The notes under the pieces are model-generated. The model did not search any database. It saw only the letters and a program-made list of their open reading frames with translations, and had not been told where the DNA came from. DNA of 64,000 bases from Neoechinorhynchus agilis (Eukaryota; Animalia; Acanthocephala), in contig CM121342.1 in NCBI GenBank assembly GCA_051530055.1, positions 3,533,489 through 3,597,488 on the forward strand, read 5' to 3'. The translations under genes were made by a program, and so were the position numbers. This document shows positions 23,401 through 35,900 of the stretch, one piece after another (the stretch's first letter is position 1; each line of letters begins with the position of its first letter).

Positions 23401-24374
23401 TTGGGTAATAGCATGTCCAAGGAAAGTGACAGGATATTTTACAAAGAAAGCATACCTCGGTTTCTATATTCCCTTAAACATTGGCCGTAAGCAACCTTTC
23501 ATACAATGTCACTGCTGCCTGTCAATTGCGAAAAGCTAGCAAGTTAACGCTCTTGAAAGGCCTTCGGTTTTTCTTTTTATATTCTAACGGCAATCAGTTG
23601 AATCTCATTCATTTGAACTCATTAGAAGACATCGTAATTCGTGAAGAGACAATGATATTTCGGAAAGCTTTCTTCGAAATGGCAGGTCATCTAACGTAGA
23701 GAATCAGACAAATATGTGACTGGGATAAGTATCTTGAATCGTGAACAATTATATAAGAATGTTTGGAAACCGAAAAAGTTATCATACTTTGATACACAAC
23801 CCAAATCCGACCAAATTTCAAGTCAAAATTTTAAGCATATTAATAAGTGAGTTCAGAACTCCAAATGCTTCGTATGTTCTTCGTCGAGAATTCAAAAAAC
23901 AACTTCACATTGATGAATCAACTCGTTTAATATTTTACGAATTCCCTCGTTAAACTTACATCGTTACAATGAGTTGTTGTAAGTCAATTTGGAGAATCGT
24001 CCAATGTGGTTTTCTCTAAAAAAAAATTCATTGTATATGACTTCTCATATATTTCTATTCGAGCACAGCCTGTCGTCTAGACCTTCTTGAGATTCATTTC
24101 GTTATGGGTACACTTTTTAGTTAAGCAGATTAATTATTAGTCTTAAATGAATAAGAATTAAATAATCCACTTTTCCTCCGTTTCTAAAATATGAACAATA
24201 TGCATGTTTCACATGCAACGAAAAGTTCTAACCCTTTGAACTTTAATATCTTTCCTGTACTCAATCCGGTTATCCTTCCCACTGAAGCATGAAAGGTCAT
24301 ACAGTGCACTAAGTCTCGACTTGCATCTATAGATGTCGCTACTCAACCAACGTCTTTAGTCCTAGGAAACCGTT

Positions 24375-26663
24375 ATGCAAGGTAATCTATAATTCCCATT
24401 CGGTTTCCTTTTTGCAAATCATCATCATCATTAGAGAGCAAACAGTTGTGTTGTTCAACTCGACTAATTGTTGCATTTCTCGTGCTTATTGGAGCTTGCA
24501 TTCAATATTGTCAAAAGATCGATTTAAGTGTCAACATTTTATGTATGGTATCGGGCGGATACTCAAACGAAACCTCAGACACTCTTAAATGGGATAAAAG
24601 TATTCAAGGACTTTTATTGTCTTCCTTTTTCTGGGGTCTTTTGTTCTCGCAAGTTCTGAGTGGCATTCTTGCATCCAAATTCGGACCAAAATGGATCATG
24701 ATTGCAGCAATGACAATGAACGGATTCGCTATCCTTCTTTATCCAACTGCGGCGCGTTCTAGTTATAAGATATTCCTCGCTCTCCGACTGGTCGTAGGAT
24801 TCAGTGCGGTAAGTCAGGTTTCCTCAAAACTATAAACTAACGCTTTGGGATCTGTGTAGGGCGTTATTTTTCCTTGCATTACTCAGATATGGACGAAATG
24901 GGGACCGAAAATTGATCGAAGTACTCTAGTTGGAATATCGGCTTCAGGTTTGTGTAATCTCCAATCAAAAACTACTTGGGGTTTTAGAGTTACTCTAAGC
25001 TTCGTGAACATTTTGATTTTGTGCGTTGGCGAATCCTTTTTCCCGGTGTTTTCGTTACTCATTTATTTTAGAAATATTTCGCAAGGTTTCCCTTGCCTAT
25101 TCTGTCGCTATTGGAACTCGAATATTTAAAAACTTACAAGCAATAGAGACTGAAGAGGCAAGGAAAACCTTGCGAAATATTTCTTAAATAAATGAGTAAC
25201 GAAAACACCGGGGAAAGGATTCGCCAACGCACAATCAAATTCACCCCGAGGACAATGATATATGACATTTTGATTTGTGTTCTTATTTTTGTAATTTGCA
25301 ATTTTTTAGTGATTTTAATAACGGATTTGTGCTGAACAAAAATAGGCACTGAAATAAATCTAAAAGTCAATCAAATAAAGAAAAAAACGAACACTTTTCT
25401 GATTAAATGAGGTTATCATGAAAATATTTTAGGTGCCCATCTCGGCAGTGTAATAACTCTCCCCCTGGGAGGATTTCTTTGCTCTCGATTCGGCAATAAT
25501 GGATGGCCAATGCTATTCTATATCATCGGTGAGTTATGACAAATTGTTTTTCGGTGTGACTTTTAGTGGTGGCTATCAGGATCATCTTCGATTATTTGGG
25601 CGATGGCGTGGACATTTTATTTTTCGAATTCGCCTCGAAGACATCGATTCATCTCGGATAATGAACGAAGATACATTACAACGAACACTCTATTGAAAAA
25701 GAAACAGCGTAGTCGGCACAAAGTAATTTTATCTTCTTTTTTCTTCGTATACTGAAAATGTTTTATGGAGATTCCATGGATTAAAATCCTGACAAATCGC
25801 GCTTGTTGGGCTCAATTCGTTATCCATGCGTGTATGAGCTGGGGTTTTTATACTCTATTAACTTGTATGCCAATGTATATGGCTGAAGTTTTGAAGTTTA
25901 ATATTAAAACCGTTAGTGGGCAGCATTTAAAAATATCTAATCGAAAACCTTCTTTTTTTTCAAGAACGGAATTTTGTCTGCTGTTCCATTTTTTTCGGTC
26001 TGGATTACAACTGTACTGTCAGGACGGATTTCTGATGTATTAATTAAACGTAACTACATTTCGAGAACTCGACTAAGGAAAGCAGCTAATTTATTGGGTT
26101 TGTTGCAACTAGCTAATGAAATAGTGATTTTAAATCTCTTCTTTAGGTTCAGTAATACCAGCGACGTGCGTACTCGGTTTATGCCTAATAAACGCTTCCA
26201 CTAATTATATTGCCGTAATACTTCTCACGGTAGCAAACGCATTTTTGTAAGATTATTTAATCCAAATACGAAACTAAACTCTTTCTCGCAAAAGTGGAAT
26301 AGCGTTTGGTTCAGGATTTATGTGCGTTTGTAATGACCTCAGTTCAAGATTCGCTGGAGTGCTTTTTGGCATCTCTAATACATTTGCTACAATTCCTGGG
26401 ATAATATCTCCTTATTTCACTGCAATGTTTACATACGACGTTAGTGGCTCGAAGACTTTCCCAATGTATTCGACTAGTTTTAGAAATCCGCGGAGAGCTG
26501 GAGAATGGTATTCATTTTACTTGCTTCAATTTGGATTTTCGGCGGCTTAGAATTTTTGGCATTTGGATCAGGCGACGAACAGTTTGATTCTAAAGAGAAT
26601 TGTTCATACAATGAGGACGAAAACGTATCGGGAGAAAAGAGTAGTACACAAGACACAAACTAA
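24375..26663 (+). CDS. SLC17A: SLC17-family (sialin-like) MFS anion transporter, multi-exon
   Basis: Exons encode LKWDKSIQGLLLSSFFWG, ASKFGPKW, LRLVVG, WTKWGPKIDRSTLVGISASG, GSVITLPLGGFLC, GWPMLFY, IPWIKILTNRACWAQF, WGFYTLLTCMPMYM, NDLSSRFAGVLFGISNTFATIPG, WRMVF. Short GT-AG introns; the start exon (MQ) is inferred from phase. Confidence 0.92.
25019..25234. repeat. Palindrome 3 (intronic in SLC17): ~80-bp imperfect inverted arms with a hammerhead motif
   Basis: Right arm AGAGA-CTGAAGA(25150-25156)-G-GCAAGG-aaaa-CCTTGC-GAAA-TAT-T-TCTT; the left-arm mirror has a mutated core (CAGAATA). Confidence 0.9.
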
Positions 26664-27285
26664 TTGTCATGATTGGAGTGTAAATAAAAATCATATTTTT
26701 TTACCTCAACTAAGAAATTCGTACGCTTGTAGTGAGGTTTAATCGTTGCCTTCTGTTGGAAAGATCTTAATAATTGCAAGATATGTAAATCTTTTCCTCT
26801 CTTGTTGAACGTCCTATCTCTCGTCAATGTCTACTCTCTGCTCAAATGAATGAACGGCGAATGAGAATCGGCCAAGTATTCCACTCTTATTGACGTTGCA
26901 CCAAAGAAATGCTTTGAACGAGTTACTGAAACTCTAAAGGACTCATTAATTGAAGTGATGGACACACTTAAGGATGTATTAGTGCGAAATGGAAGCTTTT
27001 AAAAGTGAACAGTTGATCCAAGTGAAGAAGTGCAAAGGGAAAAAAATTACGGTTCATAGAGGCAGACAAAGGTTTCAAATGGGAGTTCTAAGAAACAAAC
27101 TAAAGGTTTACAGAAATCGGCTAGTGAAGCGACCACAAAGGAGAATGCGGTTTTGGTAGATTCCATCAGTATGCCATACTCAAACGAACATTTGTTGGAA
27201 ACGATGGTGTTAAAAAGACTGAGAACATTTCGAAAAAAATTTTGAAGATTAACCAGCCGGAAAAAACTGGCTGAGTTTGTACATT

Positions 27286-28777
27286 CCGTAGTTGCGTCGA
27301 GGTGGTCAAGTGGACTAATGAATGCTCCGAGTCCCAGTTAAGGGTCAACGGGTTCGAATCCGTTACCGCCAATGGCCCATAACCAAAGGGGACGAAATGC
27401 CTCGTTGAAGGGAGGAAACTCACCAATGAGAGTCCCGCCTCCCCGGGAGGTATCTGAGAATTCGAAGGAATGCCCGTAGTTGCGTCGAGGTGGTCAAGTG
27501 GACTAATGAATGCTCCGAGTCCCAGTTAAGGGTCAAGTGGTTCGAATCCGTTACCGCCAATGGCCCATAACCAAAGGGGACGAAATGCCTCGTTGAAGGG
27601 AGGAAACTCACCAATGGGAGTCCCGCCTCCCCGGGAGGTATCTGAGAATTCGAAGGAATGCCCGTAGTTGCGTCGAGGTGGTCAAGTGGACTAATGAATG
27701 CTCCGAGTCCCAGTTAAGGGTCAAGTGGTTCGAATCCGTTACCGCCAATGGCCCATAACCAAAGGGGACGAAATGCCTCGTTGAAGGGAGGAAACTCACC
27801 AATGAGAGTCCCGCCTCCCCGGGAGGTATCTGAGAATTCGAAGGAATGCCCGTAGTTGCGTCGAGGTGGTCAAGTGGACTAATGAATGCTCCGAGTCCCA
27901 GTTAAGGGTCAAGTGGTTCGAATCCGTTACCGCCAATGGCCCATAACCAAAGGGGACGAAATGCCTCGTTGAAGGGAGGAAACTCACCAATGAGAGTCCC
28001 GCCTCCCCGGGAGGTATCTGAGAATTCGAAGGAATGCCCGTAGTTGCGTCGAGGTGGTCAAGTGGACTAATGAATGCTCCGAGTCCCAGTTAAGGGTCAA
28101 GTGGTTCGAATCCGTTACCGCCAATGGCCCATAACCAAAGGGGACGAAATGCCTCGTTGAAGGGAGGAAACTCACCAATGAGAGTCCCGCCTCCCCGGGA
28201 GGTATCTGAGAATTCGAAGGAATGCCCGTAGTTGCGTCGAGGTGGTCAAGTGGACTAATGAATGCTCCGAGTCCCAGTTAAGGGTCAAGTGGTTCGAATC
28301 CGTTACCGCCAATGGCCCATAACCAAAGGGGACGAAATGCCTCGTTGAAGGGAGGAAACTCACCAATGAGAGTCCCGCCTCCCCGGGAGGTATCTGAGAA
28401 TTCGAAGGAATGCCCGTAGTTGCGTCGAGGTGGTCAAGTGGACTAATGAATGCTCCGAGTCCCAGTTAAGGGCCAACGGGTTCGAATCCGTTACCGCCAA
28501 TGGCCCATAACCAAAGGGGACGAAATGCCTCGTTGAAGGGAGGAAACTCACCAATGAGAGTCCCGCCTCCCCGGGAGGTATCTGAGAATTCGAAGGAATG
28601 CCCGTAGTTGCGTCGAGGTGGTCAAGTGGACTAATGAATGCTCCGAGTCCCAGTTAAAGGGTCAAGTGGTTCGAATTCGTTACCGCCAATGGCCCATAAC
28701 CAAAGGGGACGAAATGCCTCGTTGAAGGGAGGAAACTCACCAATGCGAGTCCCGCCTCCCCGGGAGGTATCTGAGAA
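27286..28777 (+). repeat. Head-to-tail array of ~8 copies of the 5' 188 bp of a tRNA-derived SINE; the last copy continues into the SINE tail to ~28890
   Basis: ccgtagttgcgtcgaggtggtcaagtgg recurs every 188 bp (27286 to 28602), with A-box tggtcaagtgg and B-box ggttcgaatcc. The stretch 28790-28870 aligns with 3745-3825. Confidence 0.93.
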
Positions 28778-29179
28778 ACCGGACGAGGATGTACAGACTC
28801 TTTTACCGGATGGTTCAGTGCATTGAGTGATTGAATTACTTCCCTGAACCAAATCGGTGGGTTGCGTGCCCGAAAATGTTTGATAAAAAAAGGCCACACA
28901 TTGATTTCGACAATTATTAGGGGCTTGGTACCACCACCCTCAGGGGGATATTTAGCCTGTAATACTTTATTATTCTAAAACTACTGTGGAGAGTAAGAAA
29001 GTGTGACTGGGATAATAGGCAACGATAGGAAAAGTGATCCAGCTGAAGTAACTACTAAGAAAGCTACGCTCGAACAAAAGGCCGAAGAAACATCTGAACG
29101 AGTAGGAACAATAGCAAAGGGAGGAACAAATAACTATAAGGATATCTTAATTTATGTACGGCAGTCACTACTACACTCT

Positions 29180-29500
29180 TTATCGCCCACTGGCTCTCTA
29201 GAAAACCCTGATTCTCGTTTAGCCGCCAGTTATAAACATGATCATCACATCCAAAATTTTATAAAATTGTTCAACTCTAATATTCACATATTCCACTCCA
29301 GCAACACAAAAGACAAATTCCTTGGCCATGTCCTCCCTAACCTCAATCACGAAAAATTCCCTATCCTCGGCAATTCCCAAGAAATTCATTAGAATCTCTA
29401 ACCGGGACCAACCATGAATAACTCCCCCGTTTTGAAACTTCATCAAATCGCATTCCTTTCCTCTAAAATTCGATCAGGTGGCAATTCAACATGGTGGCGG
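29180..29500 (+). mobile_element. Fragment of the same CR1/L2-group LINE family as 9460-10880
   Basis: PKKFIRISNRDQP*ITP parallels PRKTIRISNRDTQWFSP at ~9575-9625. Confidence 0.6.
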
Positions 29501-29922
29501 GTTCTTGGTCTACGCCTCCTTTTTCAATAAGTTAATTCGATCACATTGAGAGCGAGTTCATTGCCGAGTTAGGAGCATTGAATCAATTAATTTGAATGCA
29601 CTTTTGGACGCCATTCCGATCGGAACACTAAAAACGAATGAGAAACTGTCAAACTATAGTCCCCATCCGAGTTTGATAGTGTCGATTCCACCGGCAGGAG
29701 ATATTCCACACCTATCGCATAACTCATCAGATGGGAGCTAAAGAACTATTTCCGCCAATTCGTAGACACAAACAGAAAGGAGATGCATTCACGCTCCAGC
29801 GTTCATCTTGGGTGCCATATGGGATAGCAGAGGAAACGTTAGAAGAAAAAGGGGATAGATACTTAAGGTGTGTGTCGACAAACGAGTTCGGCTCAACATC
29901 CAGGAAAGTTCGCTGTTTTATA

Positions 29923-32900
29923 GGAAATGCATGAACCTAATTGCGGTGTTGAGTTTCCCCCGGAAATCGTAAGAAAATTAGAAACTAAACGCGTTCAACA
30001 AGGAGACCGAGTTCAACTGGCCTGTACAATTCGTAGTCAACAACCATTTCGCGTGGAATGGTATAAAGGTCATCAGAAATTGAGCGAGAACGACTCGTCG
30101 AGCAGGTATATCATTAGCGTTAAACAGAAAGCTGGGATTCATATGATGACCATTTTAAATGCTCAACGTTCTGATGAAGACTTATATAAATGCAAAGCTA
30201 TTGGAAATGAAGAGTCTGCAACTTCGTCTTGCTATTTACTTGTTGATTGTAAGTACACAATTGCCAGTTTTGTCTATAATTCCTGAAAATATGAATTCTT
30301 TGCCATTATTAAAATCTATTAAAAGAAAATGCTCGAAATTATTTGTTTTTATATGAGGAAATTCTTTAACATATTCGTCCGCGGTAAACATTCTTTACAT
30401 TTTAATCTTTATTGCTTCATTTAAAAGTACGTATTTTTCAGACTTAAAGTCGCCAATAATCTAGCCTTTTCCATATTGATAACCTTTAATTTGGATATCA
30501 TTCTCAATCCGACATAATATGATTTTTACGCCGATGCTAAAATTACGGGGACATAAATATGACAGCAAATAATGCCTTATAGATCATAGAATCTTACATT
30601 ATCGTCGTAGAATTAACACTCACTTCTTAATTAGACTTGTGTCGATTTTTTAGAGTGTGGCAAAACAAAGGATTAACAGTTAAAATTTTAATTCGTTCCC
30701 TTTAGTGGCCTTACAATACTTAAATCAGCTTGTAGTCATAATTTCAATGCGATCTATAAAGCGAATAAAACATTGCACTTCCATGCTAATCGGTGTTTTT
30801 TTGCTAATAAAATCTAAAGTTGAAACTAAATTTTTGTAAAGTGAACTCTAAATCGCTCTTAATCAAAAAGTTCATAATATATTTAATAGTCTTTTTAATG
30901 GATTTGAAATCGTTCAAAAAAACTTAGGTCCCTATAGAATTTACACTATTCTCGATGAAAAATGAATCATGAATTGTCTTTTTAGACTCCAAAATCATAT
31001 CGGCGTAAGTATTTTGATTACTTAGATTAATGCTAAAGATAAAATTCGAATAGAATTTATAAATTCAAGCTTTTACTCTTCATGAATTCAATTAACAACA
31101 ATTTATGATCTTTTGTAAAGGAATTTCTCGAGATATTGAATGCTAACTTCATCGAATATAAGTTCCACATTTATTGTAGGACTTGGCGAAGAAAAATTCT
31201 AATTTATTAACTTTAATTTTCGGCCTGCTCGCTGGCCTTCTTCAGAATTGCTTGTAAGTTTTAAAATATGTGAGAAGCAATTCTGAAGAAGGCCAGCGAG
31301 CAGGCCGAAAATTAAAGTTAATAAATAAATTACAATTTTTCTTCGCCAAGTCCTACGCGAACTTCATCAAAAAATTAATCTAAAACAAAGTATTAAATAA
31401 AAATTATAAAATTTACTTGCATGTAGCCTTGTATCATAACTTATTTTTGCTCGCTTTCATCTTTTATTTCCACAATTAAAAGAATAATATTTTGAAGTTA
31501 AAAACGATTTCAAGGGCAACCTTTTTTGTTAAAATTTGCGAAAATAAACCTAAAATATTTTTACATCATGGCAATGGTTGATTTAGTCTTAACTTTTGTT
31601 TTATCCGTGAAATCACATTTTAGATAACATAATCCGTATGCAATAATTTCTCATTTTCGGAAATTACACTGCTTAAATGCACCATTGTAGAGTTTTCGTT
31701 ACCGCTCTGGAGCATTAAATTCAATTTTACGCATATTTGCCGTGTCCTGGTGTCTAATTAATATCTAATTTCGACATTGATATTTAGCACTTACAAAACC
31801 TCAACGAGCTAATAGTCTCTCACCAACCAGACAAAAGATGGCACTTAAACCAAGCGGTCAGAAAAGAGCTCGTACTCCCCAAATATTGGACAAGGTTACT
31901 GAATGCGAGGAAGTACAAGAAACGTCGGATATTCAGTCCAAATATTCGTCAAGTCTGAACGAAAACTTCCTTGGACATCCTAAAGTCAGCGAAAATGGAT
32001 TTGGAAATAAATTTATCATTCCAGAGGAGGTAAGTTCTTGATTATCTTCTCCAAATAATTTTTAAGGCTTGGTCATATTTATTAAAGACTGTATTAGATT
32101 CTCACTTTAAATTAATTGTAATAAAACAAATATTAACGAAGTAAAATCTTCTGGTCACTCCTTTAATCTCATTCTCAAAACTAATATGATAATAATAGTT
32201 TCTGGTTGCGAAATCCAAAAAAGTTGAGCGCAACAACGTGATGAAGACTATATAATGCTAAAGTCGAAATTTCAGAATACGAAACTCACCTACGAATATT
32301 TCGCTTCTAATTTTAAGTTTTTATGGATGCATTCGTCTGCTGAGTGTGGCCTTTTCTGTTAAAAATTGGAAATCATTTTGAGATATATTGAGAAAAAAAA
32401 TTGCGAGATATTCGGGCACATTATCGATAAGGCTAAGGTAACTAAACAAAAGAAGCAATGATGGCTCGCTAGTGCATCAACCATGGGGCCGGGAAATTAT
32501 AATGGTCCAACAGATCAACGATTATTCAAGTGCGTTCTTTTCTCTGAAAAAATCTTGTATTTTTAAAATAGAATTTTGCGTTCTTTAAAAAAAATCACGT
32601 TGTTCATCGCTGAACGAAACAGTAGAAGGCGATTAATTTTAGAACTAAAATTCATTTGCGAATTCGTTTTTAAAATGGAACTTTAAGAAGCTTTAATATC
32701 GTCATATATATTCGTGTAGATTTGCAAGCGTTCAAAAACAAATTTTAAGAATTGCATAATTCCAAAATTTCCTTTAGATCGATGACGTCTATTCCATAAT
32801 TGTATCCGTGCCGGATTTGCCAGCCGAAGATCCTTCCCAAAAGCAGCTTTCACCCAAGGATGGTTTCTCCCTTGAACCTGGCATTGATACATGTGAGCGA

Positions 32901-35900
32901 CAAGGTAATTGAACGCACTTTTTCAAAAAACAATGAAGCGCATTGTATCACAGAATCAGATAGCATTATGGATATGTCTGGAACTGGCTTCAATCAAAGG
33001 TTTAGTATACACCCTACGTTTTCAAAACATTCGGTTGGTGGGCCTCGAACTCCATTTGCCACAAAACCCACAACGACCGGCTGTAACCCATCTCCTTTAT
33101 GTCGCATGATAAGAGCAGCTCAATGAGGTATTTTTCCAAATGCTTGTGTACGATAGGAGTTATGCAATCGAGAGACCTCCCCTGAGTAAGATGGAGTGGG
33201 CCAACTATTATCGGGCGTCTTAATATTTACTATATATCCCTACATAAGTCTTTTTATTAACACTTTGGAGGATTCAAAACGAGTAATGCCAGCTTACAAC
33301 TTTTCCCAGCGAATTTACCGATCGACAGCCACAATTTTTACTTATAGGCAGCCAAAGGAGAACGTTCATTGGGAAAACTACAGAAGTTCTTACAATGTCA
33401 GGGTTCATGGCGGATCCGTGAGCGGTTAGTTAGTTTCGAATTTTCCTTCTTTTCACGTTATTAGTCGTAGAGGAAAGCGAACAAAACGATAATACGTTTT
33501 CAAGCAATGAGGAAATGTATTTCAAAGATAAATTGTTCAATGGAGACCATTGTATTATCCTGAAGGTCGTTACAAACTTTTATGCAAGCTGGTAAACTAA
33601 AGGATTTTGTTTTTCGTCTTCATGTTTCAATGATTTTTTAATTATTCTCAGACATTGTTGTTCGATTGCATGTAGAAATAAATTAATCTTAAGTTTGGTT
33701 CAGACATTTTGTGTTTTCGTATAAATATTATGCAAAATGCACTAGAGATTAGACAGACCAGAAGACTATAAATCAAAATGGCGACAAAGTAAATATTTTT
33801 AGGGAGCTAATAAATCAAAGGATTAGCCTCAGTGGCTTTTGTTTGCCTGGCTAGTATGTCGACATGTCGGAGCACTGATTATTCTGAATCACCAAAATCT
33901 TTTGTTGTTTATCAGCAAACACAAGAATAAACCAAAATCTCAGTGCAGAAACAGTTTTAAGACAGCTTTCAAATGTTTCATAAATGCTAACAAAAGATTT
34001 ATCTAACTTGCGCAGGATGTGCACTTTTAGAATAAAAATATCCGCATTTTCTACAAATTGATCGAAACATAATCTTCGTTAGTGTAATGATGAGAATTCG
34101 ACTTTAAAAAACAAACAATATTGTTCAAGTGTGAACGTAATTGAAATAAAATGTAAAACTGAAAGCCACCGATATACTCACTTGTCACACATTAATAATT
34201 ATTAATGTGAGTTTTTACTTGCTTAAGTGAAATTTATTTACAAAAAGAGTTTGAACGTAAGGTTCCAAATTTTCTACGTACCAGCAATCCATTTAACACT
34301 CGGCGAATATCCCAGAGGGTCAAAATCGATTTTCGCTACCCGATTTTGACATTGCATGGAAGGTCTTAATCGTTTTGAGTTGTCTAAAGTTTTCTACATT
34401 TAGCGATTTGGAACAGCAAATAAACATTGTAAATTACAAGATTATCTCTTAAATCACTTTTTATCAGATGACAACCATAAATCGTGCAGCCGAGAAATCT
34501 GCTTTGGCCATTAAAGATTCACCTACCCAGTCCGTGTTAATGAAATCTCTACGATTCCCTACTTCTCACGCATTTCTCTTGCTCGAGAGAGGTTGTCATT
34601 TCGGTCAAAAATTTGGCAAGAATTTTACAGCCGGATGTCTTTCCTCACGCCAACCTTCCTCCTTTTCTCTCATCCGGACTATGGACTGTCCTTGGCGGAT
34701 CCTCACAAAAAGGTTTTGAAAAGTTTCAAATTTTGATAAGTCATCATGAGAATATCCTTCTAGCTGCTAAGCCAGACAGTAGTTACCTTTTGACGGATTC
34801 CATTAACCTATAGAATGTCTCAAATGATTAGATGACAAAAAAAAGACGTTGGTAGAATAACTCCCGCAGCGTACAATCAAAAAGTTGCTCCTTTAAGTCG
34901 TATTGTCGGAATGTAAACTCTTTCAACAAAGTAAAAATAACATTGTTCTCTCTTGACAATGCGGACACTTTATATAAGTTTCAATAATAATCTGACCTTT
35001 AGAGTGCTATCATAGGCACTATTATTTACCTAATGGCCCACTTGTGTATTCTTTGAACAGCTCCCTTTGCACTGTAGAGCAGCTTCTCGGAAACACCTAC
35101 CGGGAATGTCCTTGATTTTTACTACTTTCAGCAGTTAAGGTGAAATTTAAATCAAATTCTCGAGAGTTTAGTCGAAATCGATATTTGTACAGTGTTTCTC
35201 GCCAGGGAAACATGAAACCGTGTTCGCCTAAAGGCTCAAAATTTGATATTCTTCTTATCTATTAATTATCAAACAAAAATCCGATACAGGTTTATTTGAT
35301 TTCATAGACCAAATTAACTTATATAAGAATGATTGATCTTCTTGTGCGTTGTCGATGTTATATATATCATCTGGGATGGATTTTCAAGCATGAATATCCA
35401 TTGCAAATGGTTTCTGTTTCTCTTTGTAACCTTCCATTGATCCGAAGGTTAATGCTACACTTGCGGAAAAACAAATAAGGCGTGAAAATCCCGAAAAACA
35501 TTTTAGATTATTAATGATCGTCGATTTTGATATGTGTTGTTCAAAGGCGCAACTTACAAAATATGTAGAAATTAAAGGTTGAATAAAGATAAAATCCATG
35601 AGTATGTGGCGATGGGGAAAAATTATATATCAAAGAATCACTTTAATTGAAATATTTCGTCCAATCTCACTGGACTTGTTCAGTCAACAGATCTAATCGA
35701 TTAGATTTATTTACAATAATTGACTGAAGAAGTCCAGTGAGATTGGACGAAATATTTCAATTAAAGTGATTCTTTGATATATAATTTCCTCCCACTTCCA
35801 CGTATTAAAAGTTGAGAGTTTTGTAACCAATTCTTATTAAGGTCTTCTACGAAAACGGTCCACGAGTTTCTATGATCACTTCTTAAAATTATATTCCTGC

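Noticed and set aside
27286-28777. CRISPR array or tRNA gene cluster
   Set aside because: Units are identical end to end with no unique spacers. The tRNA-like head lacks a proper 7-bp acceptor, U8-R9 and D-stem spacing, so it is a SINE head.
27166-28899. Repeated 64-aa minus-strand ORFs (MVSFLPSTRH...)
   Set aside because: Antisense by-products of the SINE array with no protein motif.
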